Shown here: positions 39,457 through 49,560 of the stretch, one piece after another
Numbering within the stretch: position 1 is the first letter of the stretch
How the letters are laid out: every line of letters begins with the position of its first letter
Assembly: GCA_025449695.1 (NCBI GenBank)
Contig: JANWIW010000027.1
Location: forward strand, 283 to 64,282
Origin: Minisyncoccota bacterium
GTDB lineage: Bacteria > Patescibacteriota > Minisyncoccia > UBA6257 > 2-01-FULL-56-20
Reading direction: 5' to 3'
Length of the DNA stretch: 64,000 nucleotides
Translations under genes and position numbers: made by a program
Notes under the pieces: generated by a model
Database searches by the model: none
The model's input: the letters and a program-made list of their open reading frames with translations, nothing else
Told to the model about the DNA's origin: nothing

Positions 39457-40392
39457 ATGGCGCTTGCCCCGATGGCGAATGTGACCGACGCCGCGTTCCG
39501 GCGCCTTTTCGCCAAATACGGGAAACCGGACGTGACGTGGACCGAGTTCGTTTCCGTGGAAGGCCTGCTCTCCAAGGGGCGCGAGAAACTCCTTGTCGAT
39601 TTCTGGTTCACCGAAGCGGAGCGGCCCATCGTGGCGCAGATATTCGGCGGCAAGCCGGAACAGTTCGAGGAGATCGGCCCGCTCATCCGGGAGCTTGGTT
39701 TCGACGGCATAGATATCAATATGGGTTGCCCGGACCGGTCCATCGAGCGCTCCGGCGCGGCCGCCGCGCTCATCAAGGATCCCGCGCGCGCAAAGGAGAT
39801 CATCCGCGCCGCGAAGCGCGGCGCGGGCGGCCTGCCCGTTTCCGTGAAGACCCGCATCGGTTATAACAGGGACCAGACAGAGGACTGGATCCCCGCGCTC
39901 CTCGAAGAGGGCCTGGACGCGCTCTCCGTCCACCTCCGTACTCGCAAGGAGATGTCCGACGTCCCCGCGCGCTGGGAACTCGCGCCGCGGATAAGGGCGC
40001 TCCGGGACAAGCTTGCGCCGCAGACCCTGCTTTTGGGGAACGGCGATGTGGATTCGCTCGAGCTTGCCCGCTCAAGGACCGAGGCAAGCGGCTTCGACGG
40101 CGTGATGATCGGGCGCGGCATCTTCGGCAATCCCTGGTTCTTCTCCGGGCACGCGCCCTCCGTGGAGGAGAAGCTCGCGGTCATGATGGAACACACGGAA
40201 CTCTTCGAAGAACTGTTCGGATCGAACGGGCCGAAGCGCCTCAAGAACTTCGACGTCATGAAGAAGCACTACAAGGCGTATGCAAACGGCTTCGACGGTG
40301 CGAGAGACCTGCGCGCGAGGCTTATGGACGCGGGTGACGCGGCCGGGGTGCGCCGGATCACGGAGGAGTTCCTCGCCAGTCTGTCATCCTGA
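39457..40392 (+). CDS. dus: tRNA-dihydrouridine synthase
   Basis: MALAPMANVTDAAFRRL ... GIDINMGCP ... TIM-barrel Dus motifs; track start 39100 is an upstream extension. Confidence 0.85.
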   Translation: MALAPMANVTDAAFRRLFAKYGKPDVTWTEFVSVEGLLSKGREKLLVDFWFTEAERPIVAQIFGGKPEQFEEIGPLIRELGFDGIDINMGCPDRSIERSGAAAALIKDPARAKEIIRAAKRGAGGLPVSVKTRIGYNRDQTEDWIPALLEEGLDALSVHLRTRKEMSDVPARWELAPRIRALRDKLAPQTLLLGNGDVDSLELARSRTEASGFDGVMIGRGIFGNPWFFSGHAPSVEEKLAVMMEHTELFEELFGSNGPKRLKNFDVMKKHYKAYANGFDGARDLRARLMDAGDAAGVRRITEEFLASLSS

Positions 40393-40500
40393 GGTATTCC
40401 GAAGGTCCTTCGGCCACTGTTGTGGCCTCAGGATGACAGAGGGAAGAGACTTCCTAAGTCGCCCCTGAAGGGACTTCCTGCGGTCGCTCAGGGTGACAGA
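40381..40500. repeat. TGTCATCCTGAGG hairpin repeat (same superfamily); a related copy lies at 8686-8773
   Basis: CTGTCATCCTGAGGTATTCCGAAGG ... GCCTCAGGATGACAG; the first 12 nt encode the Dus C-terminus LSS*. The copy after the carbamoyltransferase shares 25 nt. Confidence 0.7.
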
Positions 40501-40519
40501 ATAGTGATATCATTTCCTC

Positions 40520-41098
40520 ATGCGTAAGATCATCCTTGCCTCCACTTCCCCGCGCCGCAGGGAGCTCATGGGTTTTTTGGGCATCCCGTTCCGCGTCGAG
40601 CCGGGGGATTTCGAGGAGACCATGGTGCCCGGCCTGGACGCTTTTTCTTTAGCCAAGGCGATGGCGCTCGGCAAGGCCAGGGCGGTCGCGAAAAAACATA
40701 AGGATGCGATCGTGATCGGCGCGGACACGGTGGTCGGGCTGGGCAGAAAAGTGTACGGTAAGCCGAGAGACGCGCGCGATGCGAAGCGCATATTGCGCGA
40801 GCTGTCCGGCAAGACGCAGATCGTCGCGACGGGCCTGGCCATCATCGATACCAGGACAAAGAAGACCATACTCCGCGGGTCGCGGCACAAAGTGTATTTC
40901 CGGAAGCTCTCGGCGCGGGAGATCGCGAGCTATGTGGCCTCCGGCGAGCCCATGGGTAAGGCAGGCGCATGGGCCATCCAGGGCAAGGGAACTTTGTTCA
41001 TAAAGAAGATTGAAGGAGATTACCCGGCCATCGTGGGATTGCCGGTCTTCACTCTGGCGAGGGAATTGGAGAAGCTGGGAATAAAATCGTGGAAGTAA
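40520..41098 (+). CDS. maf: Maf-like nucleoside triphosphate pyrophosphatase
   Basis: ILASTSPRRRELM ... IGADTVV ... full-length Maf fold, 192 aa. Confidence 0.9.
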   Translation: MRKIILASTSPRRRELMGFLGIPFRVEPGDFEETMVPGLDAFSLAKAMALGKARAVAKKHKDAIVIGADTVVGLGRKVYGKPRDARDAKRILRELSGKTQIVATGLAIIDTRTKKTILRGSRHKVYFRKLSAREIASYVASGEPMGKAGAWAIQGKGTLFIKKIEGDYPAIVGLPVFTLARELEKLGIKSWK

Positions 41099-41110
41099 CG
41101 CGCCGATCGC

Positions 41111-41560
41111 ATGCCGGAACCCCGCAAACAATGGAAAAAACAATCCTCCGCGGGCGGCCTTGTCCTGAGAGGCGAGGGGGACGACGCGTTCATCCTGATG
41201 ATCCGTCCGCGTCGCGAGGACGCAAAGACAATCTGGGGGTTTCCTAAAGGCATGGCCACGGACCACGCGGACGGTTCTCTCGAGGCTACGGCCCTGCGGG
41301 AAGTGCGCGAGGAGGGCGGGGTGCAGGCGAGCATTCTTAAATATTTAGGCGAGATCCACTACTTCTTTTCGTTCAGGGAAGAAAATATCTCGAAGACGGT
41401 GCATTATTTCCTTATGGAGTACCTGGACGGCGACACCAAGGATCATGATGAGGAGGTGGAAGAAGCGGTGTGGGTGCCGCTCGCCGAGGCCGGGTCCAGG
41501 CTCTCTTATAAGAACGACAGGGAGATGTTGGGGAAAGCCCTGCGTGGCCTGAATGTCTAG
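41111..41560 (+). CDS. NUDIX hydrolase
   Basis: Nudix box GFPKGMATDHADGSLEATALREVREEGGV. Confidence 0.8.
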   Translation: MPEPRKQWKKQSSAGGLVLRGEGDDAFILMIRPRREDAKTIWGFPKGMATDHADGSLEATALREVREEGGVQASILKYLGEIHYFFSFREENISKTVHYFLMEYLDGDTKDHDEEVEEAVWVPLAEAGSRLSYKNDREMLGKALRGLNV

Positions 41561-41667
41561 CGGTTTCGCCCTGTGTACAAGAGCGCTTGTACCGTCCTGG
41601 GGAGGGGGTAGTATTTAGATACAAACCAAGCTAACATAAACCCATGACCGGTTCCCACTAGTCTCCT

Positions 41668-41699
41668 AACCAAAAAGCCCCTTCGGGGGCTTTTTGGTT
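41668..41699. terminator. bidirectional rho-independent terminator
   Basis: AACCAAAAAGCCCCTTCGGGGGCTTTTTGGTT lies between the convergent NUDIX and ATP-grasp genes. Confidence 0.7.
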
Positions 41700-41869
41700 A
41701 GGAAGCATTTTGTCATTTTCTTTGACGCTGCATTTCTCTCCAGCGCGGAGCGCTAAGGCCGCTGCATATCCAGTAAGTCACGATCGTGAGTTACTGGATA
41801 TGCAGGGGATCTATTTTCCGTATCGCCCTACTGGGCCCCCTGGTTGGAATGACAGGGAACGATGCGGCC

Positions 41870-43093
41870 TTAGGAGGCCGAGGCGGGATAGATCATGTCC
41901 CAGATCGCGCCCGCCACGTTCCGCACCGGTCCTTCGAAGGGGAAATGATGGTTGCCGAGATGGGGGAGGCTATTCAATTCGATGACACCGCAGCGTTCCT
42001 GGTCCCGCCAGGAGCGAGAAATGTCCTCGATCATGAAATCGACGCCCACGATGTCGTCGTCCAGGTATTCGCCGATGTCCTCGAAGAGCTGAATCGTGTC
42101 CGGATGAACCTCCGGCGTGGCGTCCCTTGAGGTGCCGCCCACGCCCCAGTTCACTTTGAAGTGGAAGTAGACCACCCGGCCTTTCGCGGGGACGCTCTGG
42201 GGCGTGAGCTGCTGGCGCTCCAGCTCCGCGCGGCTGATCTTGGAATCCAAATTGATATCGGCGAACACCGGCCCGCGCCGTAGGGGGTTCACGTTTTCCC
42301 GTTCCACCAGCTCACGGATGCTCAACCTGCCGTCGCCCGTCACCTGCGGCGGGTCCCGCCTCAGAACGCCCGCCAGTTTGCGGTGGACCAGGGTGGCGCG
42401 GAAGACGGGACCGCGCAGTTCCTCTTCAACGATCACGAATGGGGATACGAGCCGCGCGTTTTCGAAGGCGGCCTTCAGTTTCTCCTCGGTATCTATATGC
42501 ACGGTAGTATGCCGTCCGCCGGAGCCCTCGTTCGGCTTCACGATAACCGGGGCCTCTAGCGAGCGGAAGAGCTTCTGCGCCTGCCCCCACGTACGGCACA
42601 ACCCTCCGTTCGCGACGGGGAAGCCGGCCTTGCGGAAACGCCTCTTCATTTCCGCCTTGTCGTCGATCCACATGAGGGACCTCTGCCAGTGAGTGAGTCG
42701 CGGCAATCCCTGGAACACCCACGGACGCCCGCCGTGGCGGGTGATGAAAAGGCTGCGCCGGAGGCCGAACGGCCGTATCTCATAGATCGCGATGCCCCTC
42801 TGTTCCGCCTCTCTCCACAGGGCAAGGGTCGTCTCAGAGGAGTTTGGGTCGAGCTCGTTCACGCGCATGGCGAGGCCCGCCTTCGCCATGCTGTTTAGAA
42901 AGAGGGGCCCGCCGAGATTCATGGCCCGGTCGGTGAGCGGCACCGCCCAGCTGATCAGGAAGCTGAAGGGACGGAAAAGGCGGCTGAAGACGAAGTCCAG
43001 CGCGAGCGAGGTGCGTTCCAGGCGGTGGTTCACCGGAGACATGCCGCACTCCTCGCAGGGAGCAACATTCAGCTCGGGGATTACGATCGCCAT
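41870..43093 (-). CDS. ATP-grasp domain protein (RimK/cyanophycin-synthetase-like ligase)
   Basis: ATP-grasp blocks KPNEGSGGRHTTV and IVGVDFMIED; 407 aa. Confidence 0.55.
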   Translation of the reverse strand: MAIVIPELNVAPCEECGMSPVNHRLERTSLALDFVFSRLFRPFSFLISWAVPLTDRAMNLGGPLFLNSMAKAGLAMRVNELDPNSSETTLALWREAEQRGIAIYEIRPFGLRRSLFITRHGGRPWVFQGLPRLTHWQRSLMWIDDKAEMKRRFRKAGFPVANGGLCRTWGQAQKLFRSLEAPVIVKPNEGSGGRHTTVHIDTEEKLKAAFENARLVSPFVIVEEELRGPVFRATLVHRKLAGVLRRDPPQVTGDGRLSIRELVERENVNPLRRGPVFADINLDSKISRAELERQQLTPQSVPAKGRVVYFHFKVNWGVGGTSRDATPEVHPDTIQLFEDIGEYLDDDIVGVDFMIEDISRSWRDQERCGVIELNSLPHLGNHHFPFEGPVRNVAGAIWDMIYPASAS

Positions 43094-43137
43094 GCCGAAA
43101 TTTTAACAGAAATAAGCACATGGCGGGAACGAAGGTT

Positions 43138-43393
43138 TGTCATCCCGAGCCCCTCGCCATACTCGGGGTAAACTCCGGCGAGGGACCTCTGAGCGATATC
43201 AAGGCATCATTGTTTGAGCGAGCGAAAAATGTGATTCGTGTCCGAGCCGGTTTATAAAGACTGACAAACTTCAGAAATACTTCTGCACTCAAAGCTTGCT
43301 ATAACATAGAGGTCCCTCGCCTGGGCTCGGGATGGCAGAGTGAGATCGCCGAAGTTAATCCCGTGTATGCCCGCAGGGCTCAAGATGACAGAG
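43138..43393. mobile_element. MITE-like element of the same family (TGTCATCCCGAGC ... GGCGAGGGACCTCTG // AGAGGTCCCTCGCC ... GCTCGGGATGGCAGAG)
   Basis: Same terminal and sub-terminal inverted repeats as 47256-47432 with a different core; sits in a divergent intergenic region. Confidence 0.65.
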
Positions 43394-43424
43394 TTAGTTC
43401 ATTTGTATTACTATTGGCCTATCT

Positions 43425-44363
43425 ATGAAAGTATTGGTTTCCGGCCTGGTGGCCTTCGACAAGGTCCTGAACTTTCCCGGAGTGTTCTCGGACCATATCC
43501 TGCCGAACAAGGTTCACGACCTGAACGTGAGCTTCGTGACGGAGAACATGTCCGAGCATTTCGGGGGGACGGGCGGGAACATCGCCTATAACCTTGCCAC
43601 GCTCGGCCTCGACCCCGTCCTTGTCGCATCGGCCGGGAGCGACTTCCAGACCTACCAGTACTGGCTGGAGACGAAGGGAGTGGACCTCTCCCTCGTCCGG
43701 ATCATCCCTGACAAGGTCACGGCTTTCGTGACGGTCATGACCGACCGCAAGGACAACCAGATCGCGGCGGCTTACTACGGCGCGGCGGACGAGGCTTGCG
43801 CATGGGAAGACCAACACATTCCCAAGGTGCCCTTGGCCATCGTCTCGCCGGGGAACGCCGACGATATGCGCCGCTTCCCGGCGCTCTTCCGCAAGCGGAA
43901 GACGCCTTTCATCTTCGATCCCGGCCAGCAGATACCCGCCCTCTCCGCCGACGACTTGAGGTCCGGCATGGAAGGGGCCCGGGTGCTGATCGCGAACGAT
44001 TACGAGCTTTCACTGGTCATGGAGAAGACCGGCTGGACGGAGGAGGAGATATTGAAACATGCGCATATGCTCGTTACCACTTTCGGAGAGGAGGGCTCGC
44101 GGGTGCGCACGGCTGACCGCACCTTAGACATACCCGCCGTGCGGACGCCGGATGTGAAGGATCCTACTGGAGCGGGTGACGCATATCGGTCGGGGCTTAT
44201 CTACGGCATGCTGAAAGAATGGCCGCTTGATATCGCCGGGCGCTTTGGCAGCGTGATGGCCGCGTACGCCGTGGAGGGGGTAGGTCCCCAGTTCCACGAA
44301 GTTTCGCTCCACGCCGCCCGCGCCCGGTACGCACGGAGTTTTGGAAAAGAGTTGCCCTCATAA
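43425..44363 (+). CDS. PfkB-family carbohydrate/nucleoside kinase, adenosine-kinase-like
   Basis: GGTGGNIAYNLA and DPTGAGDAYRSG PfkB motifs; lies upstream of ahcY. Confidence 0.8.
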   Translation: MKVLVSGLVAFDKVLNFPGVFSDHILPNKVHDLNVSFVTENMSEHFGGTGGNIAYNLATLGLDPVLVASAGSDFQTYQYWLETKGVDLSLVRIIPDKVTAFVTVMTDRKDNQIAAAYYGAADEACAWEDQHIPKVPLAIVSPGNADDMRRFPALFRKRKTPFIFDPGQQIPALSADDLRSGMEGARVLIANDYELSLVMEKTGWTEEEILKHAHMLVTTFGEEGSRVRTADRTLDIPAVRTPDVKDPTGAGDAYRSGLIYGMLKEWPLDIAGRFGSVMAAYAVEGVGPQFHEVSLHAARARYARSFGKELPS

Positions 44364-44409
44364 AAAGCAAAGGGGGCGCTCAGGGCGCCCCTATCTTGTC
44401 GTCGTTGCT

Positions 44410-44586
44410 CAGTCGGCAGCGAACTCGCTGAAGGCCATGACGTCGGCTGTCGGCAGCTTGGACTCGTGCCGGACTGTGGCGGTGACCTCCGTCAAGTTCG
44501 TTTTGCTGATCTCGTCTTCCCGGTCGATGACCAGGGTGCCGAAGCGGCCAGTCGGGGTCATGTAGGCGATAAGGTACTTATGCATA
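44410..44586 (-). CDS. small protein, 58 aa, missing from ORF track (below 60-aa cut-off)
   Basis: MHKYLIAYMTPTGRFGTLVIDREDEISKTNLTEVTATVRHESKLPTADVMAFSEFAAD; SD GGGAGGA 3 nt upstream of ATG; high GC3. Confidence 0.45.
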
Positions 44587-44618
44587 AGTCCTCCCTCATG
44601 CCTTTATGGCATGATTAG

Positions 44619-45962
<1,344 letters not shown>

Positions 45963-46029
45963 ATAGTTTTCAGTTGCAAGTTGTCAGTTGTTAGTGCATT
46001 CGGCTAAGAACTAAGAACTGTATCAGCTC

Positions 46030-47229
46030 ATGGATAACTTTAAAACCAGCTCCAAAGAAGGTTTCGGCAACGACGCGTTTGGCCCGGAGTACGTCGTGAA
46101 GGTATACGACCCCAAGCTGGACATGCAGGCATTCCTCGTGATCGACAATACCGTGATCGGGCTTGGCAAAGGCGGCATCCGCATGACCCCTACCGTGACC
46201 GAGGAAGAAGTACGGCGCCTGGCACGCGCCATGACCTGGAAGAACGCGCTCGCAGGGCTGCCCTTCGGCGGCGCCAAGGGCGGCATCGTTATGCCGAAGG
46301 AGGTGCTCCGGGACCGCGCACTCAAGAAAAAGTACGTGCAGTCTTTCGCTCGCGCCATCAAGCCCCTTTTGCTCGAGAAATACATTGCCGGTCCCGACGT
46401 GAACAACGGTGAGGCGGAGATGCAGTGGATCGCGGAAGCGGCGGGGGATTGGCGCGCCTCGACGGGCAAGCCCGTGAGCTACAAGCGCCGCGGCATGAAG
46501 AAGGGTTATTGGCGGGGCTTGCCGCACGAGCTGGGTTCCACCGGCTTCGGCGTCGCGCATTCGACCGCCGTCGCAGCCATGATGATAGGCCTGAACATCA
46601 AGGGCGCCCGCGTCGCCATCGAGGGTTTTGGCAACGTCGGTACGTTCGCGTTCAAGTTCCTGTCCGAGATGGGGGCCAAGGTGGTGGCCGTCGCTGACTC
46701 CAAAACCTGCGCGTACCTGCCGGCAGGCCTGGATTATAAGAAAGCGATGTCCGTGAAGAAGAAGACCGGTGCGGTCTCCGGATATCCCGGCGCGAAGGCG
46801 CTCCACCACGACGAGATATTCGGCCTGGAGGTCGACATCCTCATTCCCGCCGCAGTGACCGACGTCATCAACGATTCCAACAAGAACGATATCAGGGCGC
46901 GTCTTATCGTGGAGGGCGCAAACATCCCCATGCGCGAATCGATAGAGGACGAACTCTTCCGCCGCGGCATTTTCATAGTTCCCGACTTCGTGGCCAATGC
47001 GGGCGGGGTTATCTCCTCGTACGCCGAATACATGGGCTACGATCCCGAAACGATGTTCCGCATCGTGAAGCAAAAGATCATGAAGACTACGAAGGAAGTG
47101 GTCGAGCGGAGCCTCAAGGCCCGCAAGAACCCGCGCGTTACCGCAATCCGCCTGGCCATGGAGAAAGTGGCGAAGAAGGGAGGCGGCGTAGGCTTGTCCC
47201 GGCCTTTGAACCGGGATAGTAGGTCGTAG
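46030..47229 (+). CDS. gdh: Glu/Leu/Phe/Val dehydrogenase family (glutamate dehydrogenase-like)
   Basis: GLGKGGIRM and LPFGGAKGGIVMPKE catalytic glycine-rich motifs. Confidence 0.85.
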   Translation: MDNFKTSSKEGFGNDAFGPEYVVKVYDPKLDMQAFLVIDNTVIGLGKGGIRMTPTVTEEEVRRLARAMTWKNALAGLPFGGAKGGIVMPKEVLRDRALKKKYVQSFARAIKPLLLEKYIAGPDVNNGEAEMQWIAEAAGDWRASTGKPVSYKRRGMKKGYWRGLPHELGSTGFGVAHSTAVAAMMIGLNIKGARVAIEGFGNVGTFAFKFLSEMGAKVVAVADSKTCAYLPAGLDYKKAMSVKKKTGAVSGYPGAKALHHDEIFGLEVDILIPAAVTDVINDSNKNDIRARLIVEGANIPMRESIEDELFRRGIFIVPDFVANAGGVISSYAEYMGYDPETMFRIVKQKIMKTTKEVVERSLKARKNPRVTAIRLAMEKVAKKGGGVGLSRPLNRDSRS

Positions 47230-47255
47230 GATTTCCTTCACAGGCTCTCTTTTTC

Positions 47256-47432
47256 TGTCATCCCGAGCAGCGGCGAGGGACCTCTGTGCGAGCACAGCCT
47301 TTGAGTAGGGAACCTGTTTTTGGAGTTATCAAACTTGGTCAGCCGACTCGGACGCTAAGGACGTTCTCTGTATCATGGAACGTGAAGTATCGTTATTGCC
47401 GGGAGGTCCCTCGCCGCTGCTCGGGATGACAG
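47256..47432. mobile_element. MITE-like element with 29-bp terminal inverted repeats TGTCATCCCGAGCAGCGGCGAGGGACCTC
   Basis: Near-perfect TIRs flank a ~119-bp non-coding core; between gdh and the next gene. Confidence 0.7.
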
Positions 47433-47479
47433 ATTATATTACCCTACAACCTGTTAGCTAAAAGCGGTAAGCTATACGC

Positions 47480-47962
47480 ATGCGTTACGGGCATCTGATC
47501 GCCGTCATTCTTTTCGTGCTATGCGCGGCAGTGTTTGCCTTACTCTTCGTCACCCGGCCGCTATCCGGCCGCATTGGTGTCGCCGCGCCGCGCCCCAACC
47601 CCGGCGGCCAGGCCGCGACCGCCACCACTTCCGCAGGCCTCTTCTACACCGAGCCCCAGAGCTCGGAGATAAGGAACGTCATGTATACCGACAAGGGTTT
47701 TACCCCGCTCGCACTCACTGTGCCGGCCGGCACCACGGTGGTATTCCAAAACCGTTCCAGCCAGCCCTTTTGGCCCGCCTCCACGTCCACCGCCATCTAT
47801 CCCGACTACCCTGCGAAGGGCTCTTGCGGTGCCACCGCCTTCAATGCCTGCAGCGCCCTGCCTACCAATATGAGCTGGGCCTTCAAATTTGACACAATAG
47901 GAATATGGGCGTATGATGACATCCTAAATACAGGGCATACGGGCGTTATCATAGTCAAGTAA
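47480..47962 (+). CDS. membrane-anchored protein with a possible cupredoxin-like beta-sandwich domain
   Basis: N-terminal TM helix; segment YTDKGFTPLALTVPAGTTVVFQNRS resembles cupredoxin-like domains. Weak call. Confidence 0.35.
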   Translation: MRYGHLIAVILFVLCAAVFALLFVTRPLSGRIGVAAPRPNPGGQAATATTSAGLFYTEPQSSEIRNVMYTDKGFTPLALTVPAGTTVVFQNRSSQPFWPASTSTAIYPDYPAKGSCGATAFNACSALPTNMSWAFKFDTIGIWAYDDILNTGHTGVIIVK

Positions 47963-48039
47963 CCAGCCCGTTTTACCTAGGTTTTTCAGCCCTTCCGCCT
48001 CACCGTTTCTTCACCACAGAATGATAATCTCCTAAAACC

Positions 48040-48684
48040 ATGAAATACGCATCCGTCATCATTGGTGTTATCGTCCTCATTATTGTCCTTGGGGTGGTCT
48101 TCGCGGTCATGCCGAAGAACAATGCAGGCGTGGCATATAATACGTATCCCATCTATTCGGCGGGCCTGCCGGAGAACATCCCCGTGCGGAGCTATAACCT
48201 CCAGCCGGTCAACTACCAGGCTTCCGCGCTCGGTACCTACCAATCCGGCTATCAGCCCTACCAAGCCTCATATGGCTACCGTCCCTACCAGGCATCCGTC
48301 ATCAACGCCGTCCCGGTTTCGACCGGCGGGATCGTGACCAACATGGCGGTGAATGCCCCCGCGGCGGGCACCATAGTCGCGGCAGGCTATCCGTATCCCG
48401 GCAACACTTATGGCACGGTCCCGGCGGTGCCGGTCGTACCCGTCGTCTGGTACACCGCCCCGAGCGGCCCGTACACCATCTCCGTTCCCGCTTCCACGTA
48501 TTACTCCGCACAGTCGGGCGTGTACGCCAATCCTTCGTACAATTACTCTTCCCAGTACAGTACGGTTATCCCCGGCAACACCACGGTCACCCCGGGTGGG
48601 ACCAACGTATATAACTACAATACTCCCGGCTATTCGAACGGCATGCCCATCTATCAGACTGGCAACGGCCAGTGGTATCAGTAA
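48040..48684 (+). CDS. membrane-anchored low-complexity protein rich in Tyr/Gln/Pro/Ser/Asn
   Basis: N-terminal TM helix then YQ-rich repeats (YQSGYQPYQASYGYRPYQAS ...); strong terminator downstream. Confidence 0.5.
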   Translation: MKYASVIIGVIVLIIVLGVVFAVMPKNNAGVAYNTYPIYSAGLPENIPVRSYNLQPVNYQASALGTYQSGYQPYQASYGYRPYQASVINAVPVSTGGIVTNMAVNAPAAGTIVAAGYPYPGNTYGTVPAVPVVPVVWYTAPSGPYTISVPASTYYSAQSGVYANPSYNYSSQYSTVIPGNTTVTPGGTNVYNYNTPGYSNGMPIYQTGNGQWYQ

Positions 48685-48697
48685 ACGACATCGCATG

Positions 48698-48732
48698 AAA
48701 GGAAAACGCCCCGATGGGGCGTTTTCCTTTTG
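48698..48732 (+). terminator. rho-independent terminator
   Basis: GAAAGGAAAACGCCCC-GATG-GGGCGTTTTCCTTTT. Confidence 0.75.
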
Positions 48733-48888
48733 AGATACCCGTTAAGATCGCTTCGCGATACCCACGGACTGGACTCGAAGAGTTTCGCTCCCACGTAAAA
48801 CAAAAATCCCTGTTGGAAGGGATTTTGCCACATGGCGCTAGAAATGCTGGCCGCGCCGCGTGATGCGGCTCGTCCGCATTTTACGCGG

Positions 48889-48970
48889 TGCCCGGGGTGG
48901 GAGTCGAACCCACACGCCTTACGGCATTCGATCTTAAGTCGAACGCGGCTGCCAGTTACGCCACCCGGGC
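48889..48970 (-). tRNA. tRNA-Leu (anticodon TAA), provisional
   Basis: Reverse complement folds with acceptor GCCCGGG/CCCGGGC, anticodon loop CTTAAGA, extra arm, T-arm GTGGGTTCGACTCCCAC. Terminator hairpin CAAAATCCC-TTCCAACA-GGGATTTTG at about 48800-48828. Confidence 0.55.
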
Positions 48971-49019
48971 AAAAACAGCTTTCAGCTTATAGCTTAAAGC
49001 TGTCAGTTTCAATCACATG

Positions 49020-49092
49020 AGGCGCAGGAGGGATTCGCACCCTCGCATAGCGGTTTTGCAGACCGCCGCGTTTACTTCTTCGCCACTGCGCC
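49020..49092 (-). tRNA. tRNA-Cys (anticodon GCA)
   Basis: Reverse complement GGCGCAGTGGCGAAGAAGTAAACGCGGCGGTCTGCAAAACCGCTATGCGAGGGTGCGAATCCCTCCTGCGCC; anticodon loop CTGCAAA. Confidence 0.65.
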
Positions 49093-49126
49093 AATTCGGC
49101 AATTGTACTGCGGCAGACGTACTTTT

Positions 49127-49480
49127 TCAATTCGCTCCTTCGTCCTCGGGTGCGGGATGATCGAGCAGTTTCTTTTCCACGCGCGCCGCGTTCTCCGGCC
49201 CATGGTCCGGGAAGAAGTCGATCCGGGGCATAGGCCGGATGTTCAGTTTGTGGTTCAGGAGGCGCTGGAGCTGTCCCTGCGAGCGCTTGAGAACGGCCAT
49301 GGTCTCATCCGCCTTCTCGGAAGGGAAGACGGTCACGCCCACTTTGGCGAGCTCCAGCTTCTTGTTCACTTCCACGTCGGTCAGGGTGACCAAGGTGTCC
49401 GGGAACTCAAGCTCCCGCACGATAAGGAGGGAAAGTTCCTCCCGGATGAGGCTTGCAACGCGTTCGGGCCGGTGGTTCAT
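49127..49480 (-). CDS. rbfA: ribosome-binding factor A
   Basis: RVASLIREELSLLIVRELEFPDTLVTLTDVEV ... RbfA KH-like fold; downstream of infB. Confidence 0.85.
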   Translation of the reverse strand: MNHRPERVASLIREELSLLIVRELEFPDTLVTLTDVEVNKKLELAKVGVTVFPSEKADETMAVLKRSQGQLQRLLNHKLNIRPMPRIDFFPDHGPENAARVEKKLLDHPAPEDEGAN

Positions 49481-49494
49481 TGGATAGTTTGAGC

Positions 49495-49560
49495 GTTCAA
49501 ATCGTTCTATCCGTTGTATCGTTCGCCTAGAACGGATTGAACGGTGAGAACGATTACAAC
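49495..49560. repeat. same dyad array family (locus D), between infB and rbfA
   Basis: gttcaa-atc-gttcta-tcc-gttgta ... tagaac-gga-ttgaac-ggt-gagaac-gat-tacaac; the last unit overlaps the infB stop codon. Confidence 0.85.
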
